A DNA stretch of 64,000 bases from an uncultured bacterium (GCA_938034905.1 CALHLF010000010.1:6108-70107); one strand, 5' to 3'; positions 28,320-39,256 are shown, counted from the stretch's first letter. Program-made: numbers and translations. Notes: generated by a model from the letters alone, not told the origin.

Positions 28320-29642
28320 TTATGTAGAGTTTCTTAATCTATTTTGAATATCTTGTATTATTTTCTTTATCGTAAGATCTGTTTGATATAATTCTTGTAT
28401 TTTTTCATATGCATGAAGAATAGTGGTATGATCTCTTCCTCCAAATTCTTCTCCAATTTTAGGAAGAGATGTATCGGTAAGAGTTCTTGCCAAATACATG
28501 GCAATCTGGCGAGGTAATGCTATCTCCTGAGTTCTTCCTTTTCCTGTAATTTGTTCTGGGGTTATATGGAAATAGTTTGCAACTTCTTGAATAATATTTT
28601 GAATACTTATTGGAGTCAAGCTCGGTGGCTGTATAATATCTTTCAATACTGTTTTCACAAGGGAAAGGTCGATGGGCATATTGTTTAAAGAAGCAAAGGC
28701 AACAGTTCTTATTAACGCTCCCTCCAGTTCTCTAATGTTTGATTGTATCTGTTCAGCAATAAATTCAATAACTTCATCAGGTATTACAACTCTTTCTGCC
28801 TCTGCTTTTTTCTTTAAAATAGCAATTCTTGTTTCCAGATCTGGAGGCTGAATATCAGCCATTAAACCCCATTCAAATCTTGATCTTAACCTATCTTCTA
28901 ACGTAGGAATTTCCTTTGGAATTCTATCGCTGGTAATAACAATTTGTTTTCCTGCCTCATAAAGGGCATTAAAGGTATAGAAAAATTCTTCTTGAGTCCT
29001 TTCCTTTCCTGCTAAAAATTGAATATCATCAATCAATAGAATGTCTATATTTCTATATTTTACTCTGAATTTACTCATTCCATCTTCCTTAATAGCATCG
29101 ATAAGTTCCACTGTAAATTTTTCCATGGAGGAGTAGATTACTTTTAATTGAGGAAATTTTTCTCTTACATAATGTCCAATTGCATGTATAAGATGAGTTT
29201 TGCCTAATCCTACTCCCCCATATATAAAGAGGGGATTATAGGCTTTTCCAGGATTTTGGCTTACTGCTAATGCTGCTGCATGGGCAAATCTATTACTATC
29301 ACCAACTACAAAGGTATCAAAGGTATATTTAGGATTTAAATTTAAATAATATAAAACCTCCTCAGAAATTTCCCTCTGGGGAGGCTCCTCTTCGTTATCT
29401 TCAGTAAATAATTCTATCTTCCATTCCCTTTGAGAGGTTTTCCTTAGTACCTCTTCGATCAGTTCCACGTAATGTTCCTGGAGCCATTCCTTAGAAAATC
29501 TATTGGGGGTTTGGAGTATAAATTTTTCCCCTTCAACTCCTAAGGGTTTTAAAGTTTTTATCCAAGTTTCAAATCCAGGTCTACTTATCTCCAAAGAGAT
29601 TATATCCAAAGCCTTTTCCCAAGCAACCTTCCAATCTTCCAT
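28320..29642 (-). CDS. dnaA: chromosomal replication initiator DnaA
   Basis: 440 aa with NPLFIYGGVGLGKTHL (Walker A), LLIDDIQF, the sensor motifs, and a C-terminal DNA-binding domain (IALPRQIAMYL..GGRDHTTILHA). Confidence 0.97.
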   Translation of the reverse strand: MEDWKVAWEKALDIISLEISRPGFETWIKTLKPLGVEGEKFILQTPNRFSKEWLQEHYVELIEEVLRKTSQREWKIELFTEDNEEEPPQREISEEVLYYLNLNPKYTFDTFVVGDSNRFAHAAALAVSQNPGKAYNPLFIYGGVGLGKTHLIHAIGHYVREKFPQLKVIYSSMEKFTVELIDAIKEDGMSKFRVKYRNIDILLIDDIQFLAGKERTQEEFFYTFNALYEAGKQIVITSDRIPKEIPTLEDRLRSRFEWGLMADIQPPDLETRIAILKKKAEAERVVIPDEVIEFIAEQIQSNIRELEGALIRTVAFASLNNMPIDLSLVKTVLKDIIQPPSLTPISIQNIIQEVANYFHITPEQITGKGRTQEIALPRQIAMYLARTLTDTSLPKIGEEFGGRDHTTILHAYEKIQELYQTDLTIKKIIQDIQNRLRNST

Positions 29643-29723
29643 TTTTAACCCCTTAAAAAGAATATAAAAGTGTCAAAATTAATTTTAACAAATATATTTT
29701 TGTTGGGCAATTAAAAATTTTTC

Positions 29724-29752
29724 TTGGAAAAATCAAGATTCTAATGTATAAT
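29724..29752 (+). promoter_or_regulatory. sigma-70-like promoter of the crp-rluD unit
   Basis: TTGGAA (29724-29729), 17-nt spacer, TATAAT (29747-29752). Confidence 0.5.
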
Positions 29753-29786
29753 TAAGTCAAGAAAAATTTTATAAATGTGAGGGACA

Positions 29787-30467
29787 ATGGAAGGAAAAGA
29801 CTTTCTCAAAAAAGTTCCTCTATTCTCTGGTCTATCAGAGGAAGATTTAGATCGTCTTATTACCATCTCAAGGGAAAAATTTTATCCTAAGGATTCAGTA
29901 ATTTTTCATAGGGAAGAAGCCGGAAATTTCTTTTTCCTAATTTGTTCTGGAAGGGTAAAGGTGATAATAGAAACCGAAGACGGAAAGGAAGCAATTCTTT
30001 CTATTCTTTATCCCACAGAGTTCTTTGGGGAGATGTCCCTATTAGATGGGGAACCAAGATCTGCCTCGATTGTTGCCCTTGAGGATACAAGAGTCTTAAT
30101 AATCCAAAGGGATGAATTTTTAAATCTTCTTTCTAAGCATCCCGAAATGTCCTTAAAGATCTTAAAAACCCTTTCCCTTCGACTTAGAAAGGCAAATAAA
30201 CAGATTGAAACCCTTATGTTTTTTGATGCTCCCGGAAGAATTGCAAGAATCCTTCTTGATATTGTACTTGATAAAGGAGTAAAAACAGAAAAGGGAATTG
30301 CAGTAGATTTAGATTTTACAAGACAAGAACTGGGAAGTTTAATAGGTGTTTCTCGAGAAACCGCCACAAGAGTATTAAAAAATTTTGAGGAAGAAGGGAT
30401 CATAACCGTAGAAAAAAACCATATTATAGTTCATAACTTAGAAAAACTTAAAAAACGAATATATTAA
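29787..30467 (+). CDS. Crp/Fnr family transcriptional regulator (cNMP-binding + HTH)
   Basis: cNMP-binding motif FFGEMSLLDGEPRSASIVA. HTH region TRQELGSLIGVSRETATRVLK retains the R-E...R residues of the E. coli CRP recognition helix. Confidence 0.85.
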   Translation: MEGKDFLKKVPLFSGLSEEDLDRLITISREKFYPKDSVIFHREEAGNFFFLICSGRVKVIIETEDGKEAILSILYPTEFFGEMSLLDGEPRSASIVALEDTRVLIIQRDEFLNLLSKHPEMSLKILKTLSLRLRKANKQIETLMFFDAPGRIARILLDIVLDKGVKTEKGIAVDLDFTRQELGSLIGVSRETATRVLKNFEEEGIITVEKNHIIVHNLEKLKKRIY

Positions 30468-31378
30468 TGATTCAAAGACAAATCATAAAGATAACTAAGC
30501 CTATAGAAGATAGGCTTGATAAGTATTTAACTCAAATATTACCTCTTACAAGATCTCAAATTCAAAATCTTATAAAAGATGGAAATATAAAGGTAAATGG
30601 AAGATTAGTAAAGGGAGGAGAAAGATTAAAATTAGGGGATGAAATTGAAATAGAAATTCCACCTCCTGAGCCCATTGATATAATTCCACAAGATATAAAA
30701 CTGGATATTATTTATGAAGATGAAGATCTTTTAGTAATTAATAAACCAAGAGGTATGGTAGTTCATCCTGCTTGTGGTCATTATTCTGGAACTTTAGTCA
30801 ATGCATTACTCCATCACATAGGTAATCTTTCCCAAATTGGAGGAAAGATAAGGCCAGGGATTATTCACAGATTAGATAAGGATACTACAGGACTTCTTTT
30901 AGTTGCTAAAAATGACTTTGCTCATTTATCCCTCTCGAGTCAATTGAAAAATAGAGAATTAAAAAGAATATATTGGGCTTTAGTAGAAGGAGAAATTCCA
31001 TGGGAAGAAAGAAGAGTAGAATTACCTATTGGGAGACATCCAGTACATAGGAAAAAAATGGCTGTAGTTCCCTTTGGAAAACCTGCTATAAGTAATTTTA
31101 AAGTATTGGAAAGATTTAAGAATTATACTCTTCTTTCTGTAAATCTTGAAACAGGAAGAACCCATCAGATTAGAGTACATTTAAGCTATTTAGGATTTCC
31201 TATCGTGGGAGATATTGTTTATGGAAGAAGAGATAAGAGATTTAACATGACAGGCCAACTTCTTCACGCAAAGGAAATCTATTTTCTCCATCCAAGAAAG
31301 AAAGAATATATGAGTTTTTCTGTAGATTTACCTAAGGATTTTCAAGAAATATTAGACCAGTTGAGAAATAGTCTCTAA
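30467..31378 (+). CDS. rluD: RluA-family 23S rRNA pseudouridine synthase (RluD-like)
   Basis: N-terminal S4 domain, HRLDKDTTGLLLVAK catalytic motif and GRTHQIRVH. Confidence 0.9.
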   Translation: MIQRQIIKITKPIEDRLDKYLTQILPLTRSQIQNLIKDGNIKVNGRLVKGGERLKLGDEIEIEIPPPEPIDIIPQDIKLDIIYEDEDLLVINKPRGMVVHPACGHYSGTLVNALLHHIGNLSQIGGKIRPGIIHRLDKDTTGLLLVAKNDFAHLSLSSQLKNRELKRIYWALVEGEIPWEERRVELPIGRHPVHRKKMAVVPFGKPAISNFKVLERFKNYTLLSVNLETGRTHQIRVHLSYLGFPIVGDIVYGRRDKRFNMTGQLLHAKEIYFLHPRKKEYMSFSVDLPKDFQEILDQLRNSL

Positions 31379-33091
31379 TGCTTTTTCTGGTTTTACAAAA
31401 ATCGTCCTTTCATTTTTATATATTACAAACCCAGGCTTCCCCTCCTTAGGTTTTTGGACATATTTTCTTTTAGTATAATCTACTGGAACATAATTAGATT
31501 CTTTTCCTTTACTAAAATATCCTGCTAATTCTGCAGCCTTCTCAATAATCTCAAAAGGTATATCTTCTTTAGATCTTGACTTTAAGACTACATGGGCACC
31601 AGGAATTCCCCGCACATGAAACCATAAATCTTCTGGACCTGCAATATTAAAGGTAATATAGTCATTTTGTTTATTATTTTTTCCCACATAGATTTCATAT
31701 CCTGAGAAAATAAATTTATACGGTTCTGATTTTTTCCTTCTTTTTTCTTTTTCCTTCTTTTTCTTGATATATCCTTCATTTATCAATTCCTCTTCAATTT
31801 CCTGAAGTTCAAAAAAATCCCTACTATTTTCTAAGGCTATCTCTAAGGAATTAAGATAATAAATCTCTTCTTCTAATTTTTTCAGTTGTTCCTTTAAAAT
31901 TTCTGTTCCTTTTTTGAGTTTTTTATACTTCTTAAAATATCTTTGAGCATTATCCACAGGAGATAATGATGGGTCTAACTCTATTTCTATAAACTCCCTC
32001 TCTTCACTATAGGGATTAGGAAGAACTATCTTTTCTGCTCCCTTTTTAATTTCCCTTTGATAAAAAAGGAGAATTTCTCCTTTTATTTTAAAAATTTCAG
32101 ATGACTCTCCTTCTTTTATTTTTTGCAAGAAATCATTCTTCTTTTCAATTACTTTATTTAAATTATCTGCTATGATATCTCTTAATCTCTTCTTAAATTG
32201 ATCAGTAATAAAAATATCTAAGCAATAGGAATATATATAGTCAATTGCTTCTTTTAGAGTTTTAAACTCTTTTCTCTTTAAGTTCTCAAATATCTCTAAA
32301 GGAAAAAGAGAAAAACTATAAGGATTGTTCTCAGTAAAATAGACTAAAAATTGAAAATCTCTCTTTAGTATCTTTTCTTTAAATTTAAATATTTCTTCCT
32401 TTAATTTCTCCTTCTCCTCAATTCCTAAGGAACTGTAGAGCTCTTTATCAATTTCTTTTGTGATTTCTTCTGCTAATAGTGGATTTATATATAAAATATC
32501 CTTTGTAAGAATCTCCTTAATCGATTTCTCTTTATTAAGAAGAGTTTCTATATCTTCTTCTTTAATGTCTAAAAGGGAGGTTTTTTCCATTTTTGGAGGA
32601 TATAAATATACTTTCCCTGGTAATACCTCCCGGTATCTACTTTTTTCAGAACTTACATGTTTTATAGAATCCAAAATAATATTATTCTCATTTACAAGAA
32701 TAATATTACTATACTTTCCCATAAGCTCCACAATAAGTTTCCTTTTGGACTCTTCAAATCTTTTAAATATAAATTCCACAATTCTTTCTCTCGGAATGAT
32801 ATACCAATCTAAAATTCTTGCTCCTTCTAAATGCTTCCTAAGAAACATAGAAAAAGGTGGAGGATTTGAAGGATAAGGAAATTCTTTTTTAGTTAATTGT
32901 ATTCTATATAATTGAGGATGCACCGAAAGAGAGAGAATAAACTTTCCTTCTCTTAGAGAGTATAAATGGAAAAAAATTTCTGTATTTCCTATTTGATAAA
33001 TCTTTTCCACTAAGGAATTTTTAATTCTTTCATAAAGCTCACCATGTAAAATTTCTAATGTTAAAAGATCAAAATTTAGCTTAAAATTCAT
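31352..33091 (-). CDS. rqcH: NFACT-family ribosome quality-control protein (RqcH / FbpA-like)
   Basis: 579 aa with an NFACT-N region, a central coiled coil and a DUF814 motif (IYVGKNNKQNDYITFNIAGPEDLWFHVRGIPGAHVVLK). Confidence 0.8.
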   Translation of the reverse strand: MNFKLNFDLLTLEILHGELYERIKNSLVEKIYQIGNTEIFFHLYSLREGKFILSLSVHPQLYRIQLTKKEFPYPSNPPPFSMFLRKHLEGARILDWYIIPRERIVEFIFKRFEESKRKLIVELMGKYSNIILVNENNIILDSIKHVSSEKSRYREVLPGKVYLYPPKMEKTSLLDIKEEDIETLLNKEKSIKEILTKDILYINPLLAEEITKEIDKELYSSLGIEEKEKLKEEIFKFKEKILKRDFQFLVYFTENNPYSFSLFPLEIFENLKRKEFKTLKEAIDYIYSYCLDIFITDQFKKRLRDIIADNLNKVIEKKNDFLQKIKEGESSEIFKIKGEILLFYQREIKKGAEKIVLPNPYSEEREFIEIELDPSLSPVDNAQRYFKKYKKLKKGTEILKEQLKKLEEEIYYLNSLEIALENSRDFFELQEIEEELINEGYIKKKKEKEKRRKKSEPYKFIFSGYEIYVGKNNKQNDYITFNIAGPEDLWFHVRGIPGAHVVLKSRSKEDIPFEIIEKAAELAGYFSKGKESNYVPVDYTKRKYVQKPKEGKPGFVIYKNERTIFVKPEKALETISQLV

Positions 33092-33098
33092 AAAATTC

Positions 33099-34040
33099 TT
33101 AAGCTTCTCCTGAAAGAATCCCTTCTATTTCATTTAAAACATCCTCCCCCAATTTTACTCCTGATGCCCTTACATTTTCTAAAACCTGCTCAGGTTTACT
33201 TGCTCCTGTTATAACACTACTTATCTCTGGTCTTCTCAAAATCCAAGAAAGGGCCAACTGAGACATAGTTAAGTTTAAATCCCTAGCAATATTGGTTAAT
33301 TTTCTTACTTTATTTATATTTTCCTCTGTTAAATCCCTTTTAATCCATTCACTCCATTCTGCTCTTGTTCCCTTAGGCATTCCTTCATTGTATTTTCCTG
33401 TTAATATCCCTTGAGCTAATGGACTAAATACTGTTATACCAATCCCATATCTTGCACATGTGGGCATAATTTCTTGTTCAATATGTCTATCTAACATATT
33501 ATATCGAGGTTGCTCCACCTGAGGCTTGTAACAATTTAATTTTTCGCAAATTCCCACTGCTCTCTCAATTTGTGCTGCACTCCAAACACTTGTTCCCCAA
33601 TAAAGAATCTTTCCCTGATGTACCAAATCATCCATAGCTCTTACTACCTCTTCTACAGGAGTTTCAGGATCAAATCTATGACAAAAATAAATATCTAAAT
33701 AATCTACTCCTAACCTTTTTAAGGATCCATCAATAGATTCCATAATATGCTTCCTACTTAGTCCTCTATCATTTACATTATCACTCATGGGCCAATATAC
33801 TTTACTTGATATAACTAAATCCTGTCTCCTAAATTCTTTTAGGATCTTTCCCACGACCCTTTCTGCCTCTCCCATTGCATAGACATCGGCAAGATCAAAA
33901 AAATTTACACCATTTTCAATAGCAACATAGATGCATTTTTTTGTGGTCTCAAAATCTACAGATTCTCCATAAGTCAACCATGCTCCTAAGGAAATCTCAC
34001 TAACTTTAATCCCAGCATTTCCTAATCTTCTATATTCCAT
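33099..34040 (-). CDS. aldo/keto reductase (Kv-beta/Tas-like)
   Basis: 313 aa with MEYRRLGNAGIKVSEISLGAW, FDLADVYA, LDIYFCHRFD and the AKR fold pattern. Confidence 0.9.
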   Translation of the reverse strand: MEYRRLGNAGIKVSEISLGAWLTYGESVDFETTKKCIYVAIENGVNFFDLADVYAMGEAERVVGKILKEFRRQDLVISSKVYWPMSDNVNDRGLSRKHIMESIDGSLKRLGVDYLDIYFCHRFDPETPVEEVVRAMDDLVHQGKILYWGTSVWSAAQIERAVGICEKLNCYKPQVEQPRYNMLDRHIEQEIMPTCARYGIGITVFSPLAQGILTGKYNEGMPKGTRAEWSEWIKRDLTEENINKVRKLTNIARDLNLTMSQLALSWILRRPEISSVITGASKPEQVLENVRASGVKLGEDVLNEIEGILSGEA

Positions 34041-34052
34041 ATTTACCTCCCT

Positions 34053-34340
34053 TTACTCTTTTATTATCTCCCCACCCTCCACATCTTGAGAGAGAATTTC
34101 CCAATTTGGCTTAAATTCTATATGTAGTCTCATAAGATTGGGACATTTTTCTCCTAAAACATCCTTCCACAATTCATATTTTATAATATCATCTTGAGGA
34201 CCAAATTCAGGATTTGCTTCTTCCCTTGGTCTAATTCTCACAGAAATAATCTCACCACATTTTCTACATTTAATTTTGATAGTAAAAACCTGTGAAGATA
34301 AAGGTGGAGGAGAAAAAAGCTTTTTTAACCATTTAAACAT
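34053..34340 (-). CDS. hypothetical small protein with a CxxC knuckle
   Basis: 95 aa with a good RBS (GGAGGT, 5 nt spacing). Contains CRKCGE plus a distal KCPN. Sits inside the GH94 operon. No family recognised. Confidence 0.6.
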   Translation of the reverse strand: MFKWLKKLFSPPPLSSQVFTIKIKCRKCGEIISVRIRPREEANPEFGPQDDIIKYELWKDVLGEKCPNLMRLHIEFKPNWEILSQDVEGGEIIKE

Positions 34341-34374
34341 TTTTTACCTCCAACTAATTTTTTATATATATATT

Positions 34375-36810
34375 TTACCCCATTTCTACCTCTACAAAAT
34401 GTGTTTTTCCATCTCCAAATATAGGAAGAATGTTACCAAAGATTTCTTTACCATCAACAATTATTCTTTTAACACCCTTAGAAACATGCTTTGGATTTTT
34501 AATCTCTATTCTATAATTTGATCCCCTAAAATAACGATTTATAATAAATCTTTCCCAATCTTTGGGAATACATGGATCAATCTTTAATCCATTAAATTCA
34601 GGTTTTATCCCTAAAATCCATTGAGAAATAACCACAAAAGACCAAGAGGCTGTACCTGTAAGCCACGAATTCTTTCCTTCTCCATGTCTTTTTGCATCCT
34701 TTCCTGCAACCATCTGACAATACACATAAGGCTCTACTTTGTGTATTTCACTTTCTTCCTCAAAAAATGCTGGCGTAATTTTACAATAAGCTTCAAAGGC
34801 TCTATCACCCCTTCCAATTACCGTTTCTCCTGCAATCACCCAAGGGTTATTATGGCAAAAAATTCCTGCATTCTCCTTATATCCCGGAGGATAGGAGGAA
34901 ATCTCTCCCAATTCTAAGTAATATCTACTGTATGCAGGTTGTTGAAGTACCATGCCATATTTTGTATCAAGATATTTTTTACAGGAATCAAGGGCAAGTT
35001 TTGCCTTTCCATCATCAACTCCTATTCCAGCCATAGTGCATATTCCCTGGGGTTCTATAAATATTTTTCCCTCCTCACATTCCTTACTTCCTACCTTTCT
35101 TCCAAAGGCATCGTAAGCTCTAAGAAACCATTCTCCATCCCATCCATATTCTAATATTGTAGAGATCATTTTATTACATGCAGATTTTGCAAAATCTGCC
35201 TCTTCAAAATCTTCCATTTTCTTACAGATCTCTATGTAGTCAGGAGATACAAATACAAAAAGCCCTGCTATAAAGACAGACTCTGCTATTTTTCCCTCCT
35301 GATTTGTTGTAGTTTGAAAGGATTCATCAGGATTTTTTGAGAAGCAATTTAAATTTAAACAATCGTTCCAGTCTGCTCTTCCTATAAGGGGTAATCCATG
35401 AGGTCCCAAATTATCGGTAACATGATGATATGCTTTTTTAAGATGTTCATAAAGGGTTCCTTTTCTTGTTTCATCATTATTATACGGTATAACCTCATCA
35501 AGTATAGACCAGTCTCCTGTCTCTTTTATATAAGCTGATGTGGAAAGGATTATCCAAAGGGGATCATCATTAAAGTTTCCACCGATTTCATTGTTTCCCC
35601 TCTTTGTTAAAGGCTGATATTGATGGTATGCTCCTCCATCTTCAAACATTGTAGACGCAAGATCTAAAATTCTTTCTCTAACTCTATTGGGAACAAGATG
35701 GACAACACCTAAGATATCTTGATTAGAATCTCTAAACCCTATACCCCTACTTATTCCTGATTCAAAATAAGAGGCACTTCTTGCTAAATTAAAAGTTACT
35801 ATACACTGGTATTGATTCCAAATATTTACTACTCGAGATAAGATTTCTGATGGATGGTCCAATTTATATCTCGATAATAAATTATCCCAATAATTCTTTA
35901 GCTCATTAAAAGCCTTTTCTACATCTTCTGTTTTCTTAAACTTATTTATTATCTCGTAGGCTCTACTCTTATTAATTACTCCCTTTTTCTCCCATTTTTC
36001 CTCTTCGGGATTTTCTACATATCCCAATATAAATATAAAATCCTTAGACTCTAAGGGTTCTAAAGAAATTTCCAAATAATGAGAGGCGACAGGAGCCCAG
36101 CCTTCTGCAATAGAGTTTGTGGGCTTTCCTTTAATTACAGCCTTTGGTTCAGAAAAATCATTATATAATCCTATAAAACTGTCTCTATCAGTATCAAAGC
36201 CTTGAATGGGAACATTCACAGAATAGAAGGCAAAGTGGTTTCTCCTTTCTCTATATTCAGTCTTATGATAGATTACAGAACCTTCTACTTCTACTTCTCC
36301 TGTGGAGAAGTTTCTTTGAAAATTTGTTTGATCATCCCATGCATTCCAAAGGCACCACTCAATAAAGGAGAAAATTCTTAAGTTTCTTTTTCTTGAAGAT
36401 AGATTTTTAATAGTCAATTTTTGAATTTCAGCATTCACGCCAAGGGGAACAAAAAACAATATCTCACAGGATATTTCATCCCTTTCCCCTAAGATCTTTG
36501 TATAGGAAAGTCCATGGCGACACTCATATCTCGAAAGTTCTCTCTTGACAGGTTTCCACGTTGGAGACCAAAAACTACCATTTTCCCATATATAGAAATA
36601 TCTTCCTCCATTATCAATAGGTACATTATTATATCTAAACCGTGTTATTCTCCTTAATCTTGCATCTTTATAGAAGACATAACCCCCTGCAGTATTTGAT
36701 ATTATCGAGAAGAATTCCTCACATCCTAAATAATTTATCCAGGGATATGGAGTCATAGGATTTGTAATCACATATTCTCTATTTAAATCATCAAAATATC
36801 CAAATCTCAT
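34375..36810 (-). CDS. cbp: GH94 cellobiose phosphorylase
   Basis: 811 aa. The N-terminus [61 protein letters not shown] closely resembles characterised clostridial/Thermotoga cellobiose phosphorylases. Confidence 0.9.
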   Translation of the reverse strand: MRFGYFDDLNREYVITNPMTPYPWINYLGCEEFFSIISNTAGGYVFYKDARLRRITRFRYNNVPIDNGGRYFYIWENGSFWSPTWKPVKRELSRYECRHGLSYTKILGERDEISCEILFFVPLGVNAEIQKLTIKNLSSRKRNLRIFSFIEWCLWNAWDDQTNFQRNFSTGEVEVEGSVIYHKTEYRERRNHFAFYSVNVPIQGFDTDRDSFIGLYNDFSEPKAVIKGKPTNSIAEGWAPVASHYLEISLEPLESKDFIFILGYVENPEEEKWEKKGVINKSRAYEIINKFKKTEDVEKAFNELKNYWDNLLSRYKLDHPSEILSRVVNIWNQYQCIVTFNLARSASYFESGISRGIGFRDSNQDILGVVHLVPNRVRERILDLASTMFEDGGAYHQYQPLTKRGNNEIGGNFNDDPLWIILSTSAYIKETGDWSILDEVIPYNNDETRKGTLYEHLKKAYHHVTDNLGPHGLPLIGRADWNDCLNLNCFSKNPDESFQTTTNQEGKIAESVFIAGLFVFVSPDYIEICKKMEDFEEADFAKSACNKMISTILEYGWDGEWFLRAYDAFGRKVGSKECEEGKIFIEPQGICTMAGIGVDDGKAKLALDSCKKYLDTKYGMVLQQPAYSRYYLELGEISSYPPGYKENAGIFCHNNPWVIAGETVIGRGDRAFEAYCKITPAFFEEESEIHKVEPYVYCQMVAGKDAKRHGEGKNSWLTGTASWSFVVISQWILGIKPEFNGLKIDPCIPKDWERFIINRYFRGSNYRIEIKNPKHVSKGVKRIIVDGKEIFGNILPIFGDGKTHFVEVEMG

Positions 36811-36832
36811 TTTTTACCTCCTTTAAAAATCT

Positions 36833-39256
36833 TTATCCCATTATAACTAAAACTTCATTTTCATCCTTCATCTCCTCAAGAGGAATAAAATTACCTAAAA
36901 TCTCCTTCCCATTTATTTTTATATATTTAACTCCCTTTTGAACACCATTGGGATTTTCAACTTTTATTCTTAACTTTCTTCCTCTGAAAATTCTTTCCAT
37001 ATAAAATTCCTTCCAATCTGATGGAATGCAGGGATCAATTCTTAATCCCTCATATTCTGGTTGAACTCCAAGAATTCCTTCCACAGCTGCTGTTTGAATT
37101 GAAGATGCAGTACCTGTAAGCCAATGAACGTGGGCCCTTCCATGGAAGGGACTATCTTTTCCTTCGGTAAATTGGCAATGGACATATGGTTCTCCCTGTC
37201 TTACTTCTGCTTTATCATTCATATTTGCGGGATTATTTTCCTGATAATATTTAAATGCTCTATTTCCATTACCCAATATAGTTTCCGCTCTTATTAACCA
37301 ACCTTGGGTGTGGGAAAAGATTCCTGAATTTTCCTTCATTCCTGGAAGAAAGAGAATCATTCGGGCTACAGGAAAACCATAATTTTTTACAGGTGGATAC
37401 ATAATCATAGCTCCATAATCAGTATTAAGAATTTTTTCCACATTATCCATAATAATCTTTCCCTGATTTTCATCAGCAACACCACTTATTACTGCCCAAG
37501 ATTGAGGATTTAACCAAAAATTTGCCTCTTCACATTTTTTAGATCCAATAACCTCGTCTCCTCTAAAAGCTCTAACAAATCTATCTCCCTCCCATGCATA
37601 TTTTTGTAGATTTTCATATAACTTTTTTGCTTCTTTCTCTGCCCATTCTTTATCTTCTTTCCTTATTTTTCTTTCTGCAAATTCACTAAAAATTTTTAAA
37701 GCTAAATATAATTGAAAAGATGCAAAAACACTTTCTCCCTCTTTACCAAGTCTTAAGCAATCATTCCAATCTGCATCCAAACCCAAAACAAGCCCATGCT
37801 TCCCCAAGTTTTCCAAACTAAAAATTAAAGCCTTCCTTAAGTGTTCATATACTGTATCCTCTCCCTTATCAGAATAAGGTATTATCTCATCCAAAAATCC
37901 TATATCTCCACTCTCCTTTATATACTGCCTTACTGTTATAAATAGCCAAAGGTGATCATCACATCTATATTCTGTATATCCTGTTCTTTTAACATATTCA
38001 GGATTTTCTAAGGAAAGATTTGATTTTGGAGTATATTCAAAAAATACTAAAGGTAGAGCTGCACCACTAGAAACTTGTCCCGATAACATTAATTTAAGTC
38101 TTTCTTTTGCAGATTCATGATCCAAATGCATGATCCCTTGAATATCCTGAACTGTATCCCTATATCCATATCCGTCTCTAAGTCCCACATATATTAAAGA
38201 TGCAGCCCTTGACCAGAAAAAAGTAATAAAACATTGATAAGCATTCCAAATATTCACCATGGTATCAAAGGTTTCACAGGGAGTCTTTACTTTAAATCTT
38301 TCTATTTTAGAATGCCAATAATACTTAAGCTCTTCTATTTCTTTTTCCACTCTCCCCTTCTCTTCGTACTTTGCCATTATTTCCCTTGCCTTTGATTCAT
38401 TTCCTTCTCCTACCACATAAATTATTTCCTTTTCTTCCCCCTTTTCCAGTTCTAAAATTACCTGCATTGCCCCACAACTATTTCCACCATAATTTAAGGA
38501 ATTACTACATTCCCCCTTTAATACTGCTATAGGATCACTATAGGTTCTGTAATTTCCAATAAAGGTATCTCGACACCCATCAAAAGAAATTACCTTTGCT
38601 CCTATGACTCCTGCAAATCTATTGAATCTTCTTCCTCCAATTCCTTCTTCTTGCTCTATTTTTTTGCCAATCTCTGCATAATTTTCATTAATAGTTTGTA
38701 TTATAAGATTATCTTTGTAATACGTTCGAGAAATAAATAGAGTATATTGCAGATTAACAAGATCCTGATTCTCATTGGGTTCATTCGTGAATTCAACAAA
38801 ATTAAATAAAGAAATTTTTCTCTTCCTATCTGAATTGTTTCTTATCTTTAAGGCCCAAACCTCATAAAGTTCTCCAAAAGGGACATAATATGTTGTTTCT
38901 GTCTCTATTCCTGAATATTTGGAAGAGATAATAGTATAAAAAGTTCCATGTCTACATATGGATTCGTATCTGGAAAGATCCTTTTTCACAGGAAGCCATG
39001 TTGCAGACCAATAATCTCCATTTTCCATATCTCTCAAATAAATATATCTTCCCGAGGTACATCCAAGAATTATATTGAAACGGGAACGAATAATCCTACC
39101 ACTGGCACCTGACTTAACAAAACTATATCCACCAGCATTATTTGTGATGATTGCACCATACTCTAAGGATCCAAGATAATTTGCCCATTCTCGAGGGGTA
39201 TCTGGTCGTGTAATTACATATTCCTTTCTATCATTATCAAAATAACCAAACCTCAT
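36833..39256 (-). CDS. GH94 disaccharide phosphorylase paralog (specificity uncertain; chitobiose-phosphorylase-like features)
   Basis: 807 aa with the same architecture, but a divergent N-terminal and catalytic-loop sequence (FDNDRKEYVITRPDTP, GRYIYLRD..GDYWS). Confidence 0.85.
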   Translation of the reverse strand: MRFGYFDNDRKEYVITRPDTPREWANYLGSLEYGAIITNNAGGYSFVKSGASGRIIRSRFNIILGCTSGRYIYLRDMENGDYWSATWLPVKKDLSRYESICRHGTFYTIISSKYSGIETETTYYVPFGELYEVWALKIRNNSDRKRKISLFNFVEFTNEPNENQDLVNLQYTLFISRTYYKDNLIIQTINENYAEIGKKIEQEEGIGGRRFNRFAGVIGAKVISFDGCRDTFIGNYRTYSDPIAVLKGECSNSLNYGGNSCGAMQVILELEKGEEKEIIYVVGEGNESKAREIMAKYEEKGRVEKEIEELKYYWHSKIERFKVKTPCETFDTMVNIWNAYQCFITFFWSRAASLIYVGLRDGYGYRDTVQDIQGIMHLDHESAKERLKLMLSGQVSSGAALPLVFFEYTPKSNLSLENPEYVKRTGYTEYRCDDHLWLFITVRQYIKESGDIGFLDEIIPYSDKGEDTVYEHLRKALIFSLENLGKHGLVLGLDADWNDCLRLGKEGESVFASFQLYLALKIFSEFAERKIRKEDKEWAEKEAKKLYENLQKYAWEGDRFVRAFRGDEVIGSKKCEEANFWLNPQSWAVISGVADENQGKIIMDNVEKILNTDYGAMIMYPPVKNYGFPVARMILFLPGMKENSGIFSHTQGWLIRAETILGNGNRAFKYYQENNPANMNDKAEVRQGEPYVHCQFTEGKDSPFHGRAHVHWLTGTASSIQTAAVEGILGVQPEYEGLRIDPCIPSDWKEFYMERIFRGRKLRIKVENPNGVQKGVKYIKINGKEILGNFIPLEEMKDENEVLVIMG

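Noticed and set aside
29643-29786. Possible oriC directly upstream of dnaA
   Set aside because: The spacer is only 144 bp. I found no repeated DnaA-box-like 9-mers, and it is better explained by a TTGGAA-17-TATAAT promoter. The absence is reported as an observation, not as an origin call.
31950-31958. Perfect DnaA box TTATCCACA
   Set aside because: It is a single copy inside the rqcH coding sequence with no neighbouring boxes, so it is most likely chance.
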